In this document: positions 7,471-14,867 of the stretch, in pieces
How positions within the stretch are numbered: position 1 is the stretch's first letter
Layout: each line of letters begins with the position of its first letter
IMG/VR virus record: IMGVR_UViG_3300045988_089273
Length of the DNA: 64,000 nt
Strand: one strand, 5' to 3'
DNA from: a virus
Program-made: the position numbers and the translations under genes
Notes under the pieces: model-generated
Database searches by the model: none
Told to the model about the DNA's origin: nothing
What the model saw: only the letters and a program-made list of their open reading frames with translations

Positions 7471-7720
7471 TGTATCACCTCCAAAAATTGAAATAAAAAA
7501 AGACGACAAAAACACGTTCGCAGATACATTCCGGGACCTTTCTAAATCCCTTTTTTCTTTCCGATCTGCTCGGTTTTAATCGTCTTAAATAGTCTTATTA
7601 TCTCTTATTGCCTTTCGGCTTATTTAATTGTTAATTCTGTTTTAGCACATTTTTATATTACTTGTCAATAGTCTATTAATTTTATTTTACCGTTACATTT
7701 ATCTTAATTAACTGTCTATC

Positions 7721-7736
7721 TATACAGTACTGTATA
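7721..7736. promoter_or_regulatory. perfect 16-bp palindrome TATACAGTACTGTATA upstream of terS
   Basis: Read directly from the sequence. It lies in the AT-rich 7.5-7.85 kb leader of the terS transcription unit. Confidence 0.4.
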
Positions 7737-7840
7737 TCATGTACATTGATAAACTCTAGGTCTCTAGAATCTAGGACGGGATTATAAAACCAGTTATTAT
7801 ATAATTATACGTTATGTAATACTGCCATTTTCCGTCTATT

Positions 7841-7889
7841 AAACACAAAAAGCCAGACCTTCCGGTATTTTATCCGGCTTGATCTGGCT
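7841..7889 (-). terminator. rho-independent terminator (minus strand)
   Basis: AGCCAGA (7851..7857) pairs with TCTGGCT (7883..7889), with an inner CCGG/CCGG pair. Followed on the minus strand by TTTTGTGTTT. Confidence 0.5.
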
Positions 7890-8014
7890 GATTAATCAAT
7901 ATTCTTTTCGCGTTCTGGCTTGCGGCTCCCGTCCTGAGTTCCTTCGCCTGTCGTTATTTTTATTTTATCCACATCGGTTTTAAAAATCAAGCCCCAAAAT
8001 AAAAAAATTTTTGC

Positions 8015-8043
8015 TTGACAACTTCGGCGGTTTTGTGATATAT
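8015..8043 (+). promoter_or_regulatory. sigma-70-like promoter (TTGACA, 17 nt, ATATAT)
   Basis: TTGACA at 8015..8020, with an A/T-rich -10 candidate at 8038..8043. It faces an ORF-free stretch that ends in a terminator. Confidence 0.4.
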
Positions 8044-8049
8044 GTGTTA

Positions 8050-8160
8050 TAACAGCTTCGGCGGTGGGGCTGTTTACCGGCTGAGTGCCGTGCCGTCGTT
8101 ACGCCGCCAGAATAAGACAGCAAAAGCCCCGGGACTATCTCCCAGGGGCTTGTTTTTATT
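8050..8160 (+). ncRNA. candidate ~110-nt small RNA
   Basis: Bounded by the promoter above and a hairpin at 8125..8150 (AGCCCCGGGA/TCCCAGGGGCT) followed by TGTTTTTATTT. Internal GGCGG...CCGCC pairing. The only ORF here is an implausible antisense frame. Confidence 0.35.
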
Positions 8161-8371
8161 TCCACCGTTTAACAATATCCCCGTCGTAATGATCGGGCGC
8201 TTCTTCGTCTGGGTTGACGCTTTCCAAAACGTAAAATTCCGTTCTGTGTTTCTGGTCATATCTTGTCAGGTGTTCCCATTGTCCCTCCGCTTCCTGCAGA
8301 GCTTCTTCTTTGCTTTCAAATTCTTCGGTGAAACAATCACCGTCTACATAATCCATGATGATATATTTCAT
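8156..8371 (-). CDS. acidic hypothetical protein (71 aa)
   Basis: Start at ATG 8371 (MKYIIMDYVDGD...) with a GAGGAGGAG RBS. ATGA overlap with the upstream gene. Confidence 0.6.
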   Translation of the reverse strand: MKYIIMDYVDGDCFTEEFESKEEALQEAEGQWEHLTRYDQKHRTEFYVLESVNPDEEAPDHYDGDIVKRWK

Positions 8372-8553
8372 TTTTTCTCCTCCTCTTGTTCCATGTCGAG
8401 CCAAATTTCGCACTGCTCGCCGTCCTCCTCGTAGCTGACAACCTCGCCAGCTTCAAGGCGTTCCCGCCAGTCCTCCGGGTAGTTTTCCGGGATGTAAATA
8501 CAGTTTCCCGGCAAGAACTGGTTTCCACGTTTCTCATTCACCAAATATTCCAT
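8368..8553 (-). CDS. acidic hypothetical protein (61 aa)
   Basis: ORF-track frame with RBS CAGGAGGAAAG. Confidence 0.6.
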   Translation of the reverse strand: MEYLVNEKRGNQFLPGNCIYIPENYPEDWRERLEAGEVVSYEEDGEQCEIWLDMEQEEEKK

Positions 8554-8594
8554 TTTCTTTCCTCCTGTCCGCCCCTCGTGGGCTGTGTGTTGAA

Positions 8595-8882
8595 TTAATC
8601 TATAATTTTTAAGTACTGCCTGTGCCCTTTCATACCATCATCCAGCGCATAAAAGCAGGGCTTCTCGTCCCCTTGGAGCACTTCATTTATCTTGTAGCTC
8701 CAGCCCCACGGGGCTTTTACCATCAAATCACCTGTGTTGTTTTCGTATGTTTCCCATCCTTCTGGGATTTCCACTGTGATTTCATCCCAGCAAGTAGCCG
8801 TGGCTTCTGGTGCCCCGTATGTGTAGACGTTTCTTTTTTCGGCTGCCAACACACCATAATTACAATAAATTTTAATATTCAT
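8595..8882 (-). CDS. hypothetical protein (95 aa)
   Basis: ORF-track frame with RBS GGGAGGACAAA. Confidence 0.6.
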   Translation of the reverse strand: MNIKIYCNYGVLAAEKRNVYTYGAPEATATCWDEITVEIPEGWETYENNTGDLMVKAPWGWSYKINEVLQGDEKPCFYALDDGMKGHRQYLKIID

Positions 8883-8950
8883 TTTGTCCTCCCGTTCCGC
8901 CCCTGTCCGGGGCTGTTTGATATGCTTTCTTTAACTGTCTTTAATATACA

Positions 8951-9202
8951 TTAATTTTTAATGTATGTCAATACCTTTTCTTCAAAATCTTTTGTATTTT
9001 CATCGGGCAAATATTCCAACAAGTAACCCGGCTGACATTCTAATATAGTACATAATTTGTCAAGCGTTTCTTGTGTTACAAGGCGATCACTGCGGAGCTG
9101 TTGCAACTGGCTTTCTGTAAATATCTTGTTTTTTCTTATTATATAAGTAGTAACTCCTTTTTTTGTCATCATATCAATTATATTTCGCTTATATTTAATC
9201 AT
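8951..9202 (-). CDS. XRE-family HTH regulator (second repressor-like gene)
   Basis: C-terminal LVTQETLDKLCTILECQPGYLLEY is typical of short XRE/HTH_26 proteins. It is divergent from a plus-strand operon. Confidence 0.7.
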   Translation of the reverse strand: MIKYKRNIIDMMTKKGVTTYIIRKNKIFTESQLQQLRSDRLVTQETLDKLCTILECQPGYLLEYLPDENTKDFEEKVLTYIKN

Positions 9203-9242
9203 GTTCTTACCTCCTTATTATATGAATTATTATATCATTTTT

Positions 9243-9346
9243 ATACACTAAAACACAATGTATAATATGCACAAAACACTATTTTTATATGCTCTATAAT
9301 TTAGTGTATAATGTCAATAGACATACATTAAATTTTAGTGTATTAT
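9243..9346. promoter_or_regulatory. three copies of a TTTAGTGTAT(A/T)AT operator-like motif
   Basis: Copies at 9243..9254 (inverted), 9300..9312 and 9333..9346. The middle copy contains a TATAAT at 9307..9312. Confidence 0.45.
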
Positions 9347-9404
9347 ATAACCATCAACAGAGAACAAACAGCCCGGACGCAAAGCCGGGGGAACGGAGTA
9401 AAAA

Positions 9405-9557
9405 ATGAGAAAATTTGTTTTGGTTTACCAGTTGAAAATTAATTATGAAATCACTTCAAAAGTGGTAGAAGCTCGCAACGTTTCCGAAGCGTGGGAACGT
9501 CTGGAGGAGATCGAAACCCGGCGAATAATTGCCAGTATAAACGCGTGGGAGGTGTAA
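9405..9557 (+). CDS. small hypothetical protein (50 aa)
   Basis: Below the ORF-track cutoff. GGAG lies 7 nt upstream. Translation MRKFVLVYQLKINYEITSKVVEARNVSEAWERLEEIETRRIIASINAWEV. It replaces implausible minus-strand ORFs at 9451..9714. Confidence 0.55.
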   Translation: MRKFVLVYQLKINYEITSKVVEARNVSEAWERLEEIETRRIIASINAWEV

Positions 9558-9560
9558 AGA

Positions 9561-9716
9561 ATGAAATATAATATCTATCTTGGCCAGATTGAAAAGGCCC
9601 ACACAAAAAGAAAGTTGGTAAAGCTCCTGGAGCTGATCGGGAACGACTTCGCCGGGATTGACTCCCAACAATATGAAGAATTAAAGTTTTTGATTCTTTA
9701 TAAAATGTCAGCATAA
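9561..9716 (+). CDS. small hypothetical protein (51 aa)
   Basis: RBS GGGAGGTG. Translation MKYNIYLGQIEKAHTKRKLVKLLELIGNDFAGIDSQQYEELKFLILYKMSA. Confidence 0.55.
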   Translation: MKYNIYLGQIEKAHTKRKLVKLLELIGNDFAGIDSQQYEELKFLILYKMSA

Positions 9717-9801
9717 AAAGGACTCCGGAAAGCCCGGAGCCCTAAATATAATTATTAAAATACCAGCAAAGTTATTATAACTCTAACAGGAGGAAAAAGC
9801 A

Positions 9802-10143
9802 ATGGCAAACAAATATTTGAATAGATTAAATTGGGCGGTGTTTACAATGATCGACCGCACCACACAGGACGACAAGAAGAGCAAAATAACAGTTTCCGGA
9901 TTGTTTAGTTATCCAGAGAACGCGGAAAACTTTATAAAAACACTTCCGTCTGGTCATAAGTGGTACATGCTCGACACTGACCGCCTGGAACGGTTCGAAG
10001 AATTTTATAATTACATTCAGGATATCAACGAAAAATATGGGGATTACGCAATATTCCATATTAATGACGGCGGATTTACCGTTGATGATTTAAATTGTTT
10101 TCGCTCTATCCTTGATCTCTGGACAGATACAAAAATCAAATAA
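9802..10143 (+). CDS. hypothetical protein (113 aa)
   Basis: ORF-track frame with RBS CAGGAGGAAAAAG. Confidence 0.65.
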   Translation: MANKYLNRLNWAVFTMIDRTTQDDKKSKITVSGLFSYPENAENFIKTLPSGHKWYMLDTDRLERFEEFYNYIQDINEKYGDYAIFHINDGGFTVDDLNCFRSILDLWTDTKIK

Positions 10144-10222
10144 TTTCTTCCGGCGGCGGTCAAGCCGTAGCCCCAACGCAACCGCCGGACTTCAAAAAAA
10201 TAAAAAAAGAGAGGTAAATAAT

Positions 10223-10615
10223 ATGGCATACGCAACAGTAAAAATCGAGGGAAACAAAATCATTTCTACATCTTTGTGGAATACAAGCGTCTTTGAAATC
10301 GTGGAGAAAATCCCAAGTAACTATCTTGTTTGGAATATCGGCGAAAATATGGGAACTGATTGTTATATTCCAATTTGTCAGATGCTTCACCCGGAAAACA
10401 AAGAAGATTTTTCAATCAATCAGGATACCTTAAAAGCCGTGAAGGTTACACCGGAAGAATTTAAGAAATTACAGAAAGTTGCGTCTTACGGCGTAAGTAA
10501 TTTAAAAGCTGCAGAAAAAGCATTAAAAAGCAAAAGACGCGGTTGCATGTCAGATAGAAAAAGAGCGCTTGCAACTCTTACAATCGACATTTTTGAAAGA
10601 ATTACAAAAAATTAA
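10223..10615 (+). CDS. hypothetical protein (130 aa)
   Basis: Start at ATG 10223 (MAYATVKIEG...) with a GAGAGGT RBS. The upstream part of the ORF-track frame crosses a GC hairpin and is not coding-like. Confidence 0.65.
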   Translation: MAYATVKIEGNKIISTSLWNTSVFEIVEKIPSNYLVWNIGENMGTDCYIPICQMLHPENKEDFSINQDTLKAVKVTPEEFKKLQKVASYGVSNLKAAEKALKSKRRGCMSDRKRALATLTIDIFERITKN

Positions 10616-10687
10616 GACAGGCCGGCAAGCGTACCGGGGAGCATTTCCCCGGCGGTCTTTTAAAATAAAAATCAGGAGGAAAATAAA

Positions 10688-10891
10688 ATGATTAAAATTG
10701 ATATGTGGTACGATGACAAAAAGGAGCAGGCAACTGGGCTTGACATCTGGTTCAACGATCTCGGCTGTTTTTATTCTGGCAATATTAAAATTTTCGGTAA
10801 AATTGTAGGCGACTATTACGCCGACAGTGTGCAAGAAATTTGCGAAGCGTTCCCACATCTGAAAGAAAAAATAAACGCTTGCTTGAACTAA
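10688..10891 (+). CDS. hypothetical protein (67 aa)
   Basis: ORF-track frame with RBS CAGGAGGAAAA. Confidence 0.6.
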   Translation: MIKIDMWYDDKKEQATGLDIWFNDLGCFYSGNIKIFGKIVGDYYADSVQEICEAFPHLKEKINACLN

Positions 10892-10951
10892 ATAAACCAA
10901 TTCCGGGTGGGACTTTCCCACCTGTTTTTCTAACCAGAAAGGGGCTTTTAT

Positions 10952-11332
10952 ATGATAGATAGAATTATAAAACCATCGCCAAAACAGACTATTGACGCCA
11001 TAAAAAGTGGGGATTTTTCCGTTGTTGATAAAATTAAAGAATCAGCAGAAAAGGACACTAGACAAGTGTTTAATACGGTTGCTTCCGGCTCCATTCCGCT
11101 GATCTGGTACGACTTGCTGCCGGTGCGCTGTCAGTCTGGGGCTGCGTCTTTTATGCGCTACGCGCTGCACCGGTCAACAAAAAAGACAGATCATTTACAA
11201 CTTTCCTGTATGGAGATAAAAGGCGGCCGCACAATTCCAACGTCTGACCGCCAGTATAATATAACTGACGGATTCCGGGATTTCTTCCGGGACTTGCCCG
11301 GGGTCGCAAATATAAATTATTTAGAGCAGTAA
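10952..11332 (+). CDS. hypothetical protein (126 aa)
   Basis: ORF-track frame with a weak RBS (AAAGGGG). Last gene of the plus-strand operon. Confidence 0.6.
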   Translation: MIDRIIKPSPKQTIDAIKSGDFSVVDKIKESAEKDTRQVFNTVASGSIPLIWYDLLPVRCQSGAASFMRYALHRSTKKTDHLQLSCMEIKGGRTIPTSDRQYNITDGFRDFFRDLPGVANINYLEQ

Positions 11333-11348
11333 AGCGCTGCTCTTTTTC
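11324..11348 (+). terminator. rho-independent terminator of the plus-strand operon
   Basis: GAGCAG (11324..11329) pairs with CTGCTC (11337..11342), followed by TTTTT. Confidence 0.6.
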
Positions 11349-11562
11349 TGGTGTCCTGCATCCGCTCCGGGCGGCGGTGGTTCGTGACCTGTGCCGGGAC
11401 TTCTCCGGGGCTTGTTCTCCGGTGTGATGCACATTGACAATTATATATAGTTGTATTGGCTCCTATTTTACGTTTTAACGGCTCTTATCGTGATTCTGGT
11501 ATATTTTATCGAAAACATATAAAACCGCCTTAAATCTCCAAATATTGAATTAATAACAGGGA

Positions 11563-11591
11563 TTGACGGCAGAGCACAACGGGGTTATTAT
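11563..11591 (+). promoter_or_regulatory. sigma-70-like promoter (TTGACG, 17 nt, TATTAT)
   Basis: Hexamers at 11563..11568 and 11586..11591 with exact 17-nt spacing. Sits inside the ORF-free region. Confidence 0.4.
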
Positions 11592-11597
11592 TACTCT

Positions 11598-12188
11598 GTA
11601 TAGTTGCGCGGACGCTTTACCCGGTCTGGTCTTTATACTTTCAGACTGTGCGAAGCTATGCGGGCTTTGTTTGTGATCGCTCCGGCGGTCTTATTTCTGT
11701 ACGCTTTTAGACGTTTTTGTTTGGGCGGCTGCATCTTAAATACTTCTATAACGCCGTATTTGGCTTTTTGAGCGTGTTTTATGTGTTTCCTGTATATTTT
11801 ACCGTAGTTGCATGAAAACGCTTTTAAACGTGCTTTACAGTGTTTTATTAGAATTGGTTTTGACTCTGGCTGTGTCTGGCGCTGGCTCGGTACTTCCGCA
11901 GCTGTTCCCGGTCCGCTCCCGGGTCATCCCCGGCGGGCTGTACTGTTGGCTCTCTATTTGGCTTTAGTTTTGTCAGATCATGCCGGGCGGTGGGGTTTCA
12001 TAGGCTTCCCGGTGGCGGTCTGTTCCTGATCGGCTGGAGGTTTCCGGGATGGTCCCGGGACGGGGCAGAGAACACCAAGGAAATGTACGACAAATTAGAG
12101 GCAGCATCAAAACCGGGACGGTTTGAACTGGGAAAATCTGAAAAAAATCGCAGAAATCTGAAACTAATTCAGACCTGCGACTTTTTTA
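11598..12188 (+). ncRNA. candidate large (~590 nt) structured non-coding RNA
   Basis: GC-rich, hairpin-dense and free of plausible ORFs or RBSs. Delimited by the promoter above and a compound hairpin at 12149..12179 followed by TTTTTT. Confidence 0.3.
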
Positions 12189-12191
12189 TTT
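12149..12191 (+). terminator. rho-independent terminator
   Basis: CGCAG pairs with CTGCG (12149..12153 with 12175..12179) and inner TCTGAA with TTCAGA. T6 run at 12182..12187. Confidence 0.5.
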
Positions 12192-12383
12192 TGTGCATTT
12201 TGTATATAAATTCCTATAATGTACCTTGGCGTGATGTAAATTTTTATTTCATCACATTCAATTCGTCTTTTCCAGTCGTATTCTTTCTTCTCGTGATATC
12301 AGAAATCTTATTCCTACGTCTTTTCTGCCGGCTCGTTTCCTTACTCCTGCGTTTTGCTGATTCTCTGCTAATAGTTCCCATGC

Positions 12384-13034
12384 CTACTCCTTTCTGAACA
12401 TCTCCTTCATGTTCTGACTCCGTGAATTGAGGTTTATAATTGGCACATCCACATTAAGCTCATCCGGTACGATACCTACGATCACAACCTTTGTCGGTTC
12501 TATTACATCCAACATTTCTTTAAAATTCTCGCAAAACTCCATTCTGGCAGACTTTGACCGCACTCTGCCATTAGTACAACATGATACAGTGCTTCTGTGT
12601 GGCGTTCCGTCAAATATCCATGGCATTTCCTTGGGACTGATAATATTTATGGACGGAATAATTTTAACGCCCATAACCGCCCAATAATAGCCTAAAGCAT
12701 GGTTTCTGTACAAGTTGTAGATGTTTAACGCACTTGGCATCCCGGACGCAATTGTGAAATCCGGGATGCAAACTGAATTGAAACATTTTAAGTGCTCAAT
12801 GTACTGGTCAGGCTGATTCCATACCTGCAGAAAATTTTTGTCGTCAATGTAGAAATTCACCGTCAGGTCCTTGTGCCCTTTCAACGATCTGGATTTTGAA
12901 GATGCAAAGTCAATCGACTTGCCCGGTGAGAAATCCACTTTTGGAAGCATTGGTATCTGAAACTGGCCGTCAAGTTCTGCACCGGTTATCAGATATTCTT
13001 TCATCACATCATATGCGGTATGTATCTGCGTCAT
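12384..13034 (-). CDS. DUF4417-like protein
   Basis: FYIDDKNFLQVWNQPDQYIEHLKCFNSVCIPDFTIASGMPSALNIYNLYRNHALGYYW matches my recollection of DUF4417. Start at ATG 13034 with GGAGGTGGG upstream. Confidence 0.6.
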   Translation of the reverse strand: MTQIHTAYDVMKEYLITGAELDGQFQIPMLPKVDFSPGKSIDFASSKSRSLKGHKDLTVNFYIDDKNFLQVWNQPDQYIEHLKCFNSVCIPDFTIASGMPSALNIYNLYRNHALGYYWAVMGVKIIPSINIISPKEMPWIFDGTPHRSTVSCCTNGRVRSKSARMEFCENFKEMLDVIEPTKVVIVGIVPDELNVDVPIINLNSRSQNMKEMFRKE

Positions 13035-13220
13035 AAAGCCCACCTCCATACAACCATATTAACATAATTTGGGAAACAAAAAAAGACCGCATTTCTGCCG
13101 TCTACGATGATTTTGCCTGTGTCTCACACACAAGTTTTCCTCCTATGGTTTTAATTCGAATGTTTGTTCTGTTCCCTAGCCTGTTCCCTCGGCTATTTTA
13201 CATATCCCTAAAAAGCACAA

Positions 13221-13244
13221 AAAACCTTGATTTTTCAAGGTTTT
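13221..13244 (-). terminator. terminator hairpin directly after the tRNA-like fragment
   Basis: AAAACCTTGA pairs with TCAAGGTTTT around a 4-nt loop, followed by a T run on the minus strand. Confidence 0.55.
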
Positions 13245-13247
13245 CGT

Positions 13248-13273
13248 TAGCAGCCAGTACGGGAATCGAACGT
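13248..13273 (-). other. attP-like core: 3' fragment of a tRNA gene (T-loop, acceptor 3' strand)
   Basis: Minus strand reads ACGTTCGATTCCCGTACTGGCTGCTA, which is a T loop/stem and acceptor 3' strand. No matching 5' half of a tRNA lies upstream. It sits 104 nt downstream of the integrase gene. Confidence 0.55.
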
Positions 13274-13376
13274 ATCTTTAAACTGCTATCTTTCCCATAA
13301 AATCAACATTTCTAACTTTTCCAGGGTGTTCCTTTTTGTTCCCTAGCTGTTCCCTCTTTAAAAAAATGACCAAAAA

Positions 13377-14591
13377 CTATCTCGATACTACCATAAATTC
13401 ATCTATGCTGTCCATGATTTTTTGCTTTTTTTGAAGATTCTTTCGGTCTCGGTGATAATAAGTTTCTGAGCATGAGATATTGGCGTGACCCATTTGTGAT
13501 ATTACCATCTGGTTATCTACGCTGTGGTCTAAGAGGATTGTGCAATAGGTTTTTCGTATTTTGTGCGGTGATTTTTGAACGCATCCAGTGTTCTTGCATA
13601 CTGTCCGGAGCCGGTTTCTGAATGAATAGGTGTTTATCCTGTGACCGTCCGTAAAGAATATATATTCGCAAAATACGGACATATTCCTGAGTTTTTGAAT
13701 AATCCATGCACACCCCTGTGGAATTACAACATTTCTTATTCCAGCTTCCGTCTTTGGAAAATCTTTGACTTCGAAAATTCCTTTGTGGTTTTCATAATGT
13801 CTGACTTCGGTTCTTCGGATTCTGACTATTCCGGTGTTTGAATCCCAGTCCTCCCACTTCAAAGCGCTTAACTCACCAACTCTCAGGCCGGTTACAAACA
13901 TAAGCAATATTCCAAGATTTACCATATCCTGATTTTCTTTCAGATATTCTATGATTCTTCCCATCTCTGCATCATTGAAAACTTCCTTAGAGTCTTCTTT
14001 GATGATTTTTTTGAAAGATTTATCCGTTACATCAAGGTCATAGAATAATTCCTGCACGTTCCAATCAATCAGCTTGTTGCGCTTCGCCCATTTCAGGGTG
14101 CCTCTGGTAATTGTTTTGAGATTACAAAAGGCTTTAGCGGTCAGATTGTGTTTACTGATCTGTTCTTCCAAGAAATTGCTGATATCGCCCGGTTCAAGGT
14201 TCCTGATCTTCTGCTCACCAAGTGTCCCAAAAAAACGAACAAAATCCTGATGATATCTTTGGTAAGTCTGCACAGATATTTTTTTCAAGTCAAATTTGCG
14301 CTGCGCCCATTCCTCAAATATGGTTTTGATCTTTGGATTCTCAATCTTTTCCCGGTGAGTCTTTACAATTAGGTCTTCTAAGTCTTTCTTGGACTTTCGT
14401 TTAAACATCTTTCTCTGTCCGGTTTCGTCATAAGTCATACGGATTTTCCAATATCCGTCAGATGCCTTCCATATGCTGTCCCTGTATTCTTTTAAAATTT
14501 CTTCCCTTTTATTCATTTCAATTTGCTCTTGTATGTGAGACAAGTTGATGATACCATTCTCAATTGCATATTTCAAGTCGTCATTATTCAT
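13377..14591 (-). CDS. int: tyrosine integrase (phage integrase family)
   Basis: 404 aa. GLRVGELSALKWEDWD (Arg I), HKIRKTYCT (HxxR) and MGHANISCSETYY (His and the catalytic Tyr). Confidence 0.9.
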   Translation of the reverse strand: MNNDDLKYAIENGIINLSHIQEQIEMNKREEILKEYRDSIWKASDGYWKIRMTYDETGQRKMFKRKSKKDLEDLIVKTHREKIENPKIKTIFEEWAQRKFDLKKISVQTYQRYHQDFVRFFGTLGEQKIRNLEPGDISNFLEEQISKHNLTAKAFCNLKTITRGTLKWAKRNKLIDWNVQELFYDLDVTDKSFKKIIKEDSKEVFNDAEMGRIIEYLKENQDMVNLGILLMFVTGLRVGELSALKWEDWDSNTGIVRIRRTEVRHYENHKGIFEVKDFPKTEAGIRNVVIPQGCAWIIQKLRNMSVFCEYIFFTDGHRINTYSFRNRLRTVCKNTGCVQKSPHKIRKTYCTILLDHSVDNQMVISQMGHANISCSETYYHRDRKNLQKKQKIMDSIDEFMVVSR

Positions 14592-14654
14592 AAAAAATAA
14601 GGAGGAACCGGGATATCCTTTCGCTGGCCAGCGGTTCCTCGTTCCTCCTTTCTT

Positions 14655-14867
14655 TCACACATAATCAAAAATATTCATCTGTCCTTCCGGCATATCATCT
14701 TCAAGATTGAAGAATTTACAAGCAATGAAATTTCCATGCCAGTCCCGATCACCGCCGTACATCAGACATTTTTCTCTCTTTCCATCTCTATAAAATCTGC
14801 ACTCAGAACAATTGTGCTGATATGCAGTTCCGCCGGAACGCCTGTACATTTCGCTTATTGTTCTCAT
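14655..14867 (-). CDS. hypothetical Cys-containing protein (70 aa)
   Basis: ORF-track frame with an ATGA-type overlap with the upstream loader gene. Confidence 0.55.
   Translation of the reverse strand: MRTISEMYRRSGGTAYQHNCSECRFYRDGKREKCLMYGGDRDWHGNFIACKFFNLEDDMPEGQMNIFDYV

Larger units (their letters stand above)
8125..12058. repeat. dispersed family of short GC-rich stem-loops (CCCGG/CCGGG type)
   Basis: Hairpins read at 8125..8150, 8571..8583, 8899..8913, 9372..9389, 10149..10189, 10634..10652, 10906..10922, 11919..11933 and 12044..12058. I did not notice comparable elements elsewhere in the window. Confidence 0.5.

Noticed and set aside
8042-8434. A 130-aa plus-strand ORF across the sRNA candidate and antisense to 8156..8413.
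   Set aside because: It overlaps two well-supported minus-strand genes, crosses a terminator hairpin and has no RBS.
9451-9714. Minus-strand ORFs of 87 and 71 aa from the ORF track.
   Set aside because: Pro/Arg/Ser-rich low-complexity translations without an RBS. The plus strand here holds two well-formed small genes with RBSs (9405..9557, 9561..9716).
11808-12397. Plus-strand ORFs 11808..12029 and 11990..12397.
   Set aside because: Non-ATG starts, no RBS, and Gly/Pro/Arg/Leu-rich composition that mirrors GC-rich hairpin DNA. The second ORF runs into the 3' end of the convergent DUF4417 gene. Region treated as non-coding.
13221-13376. A prophage/host junction at the tRNA fragment.
   Set aside because: Phage genes lie on both sides (terS and tRNA cluster below, integrase and replication genes above), and only the 3' part of a tRNA is present. 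Interpreted as attP in an excised or circular form.
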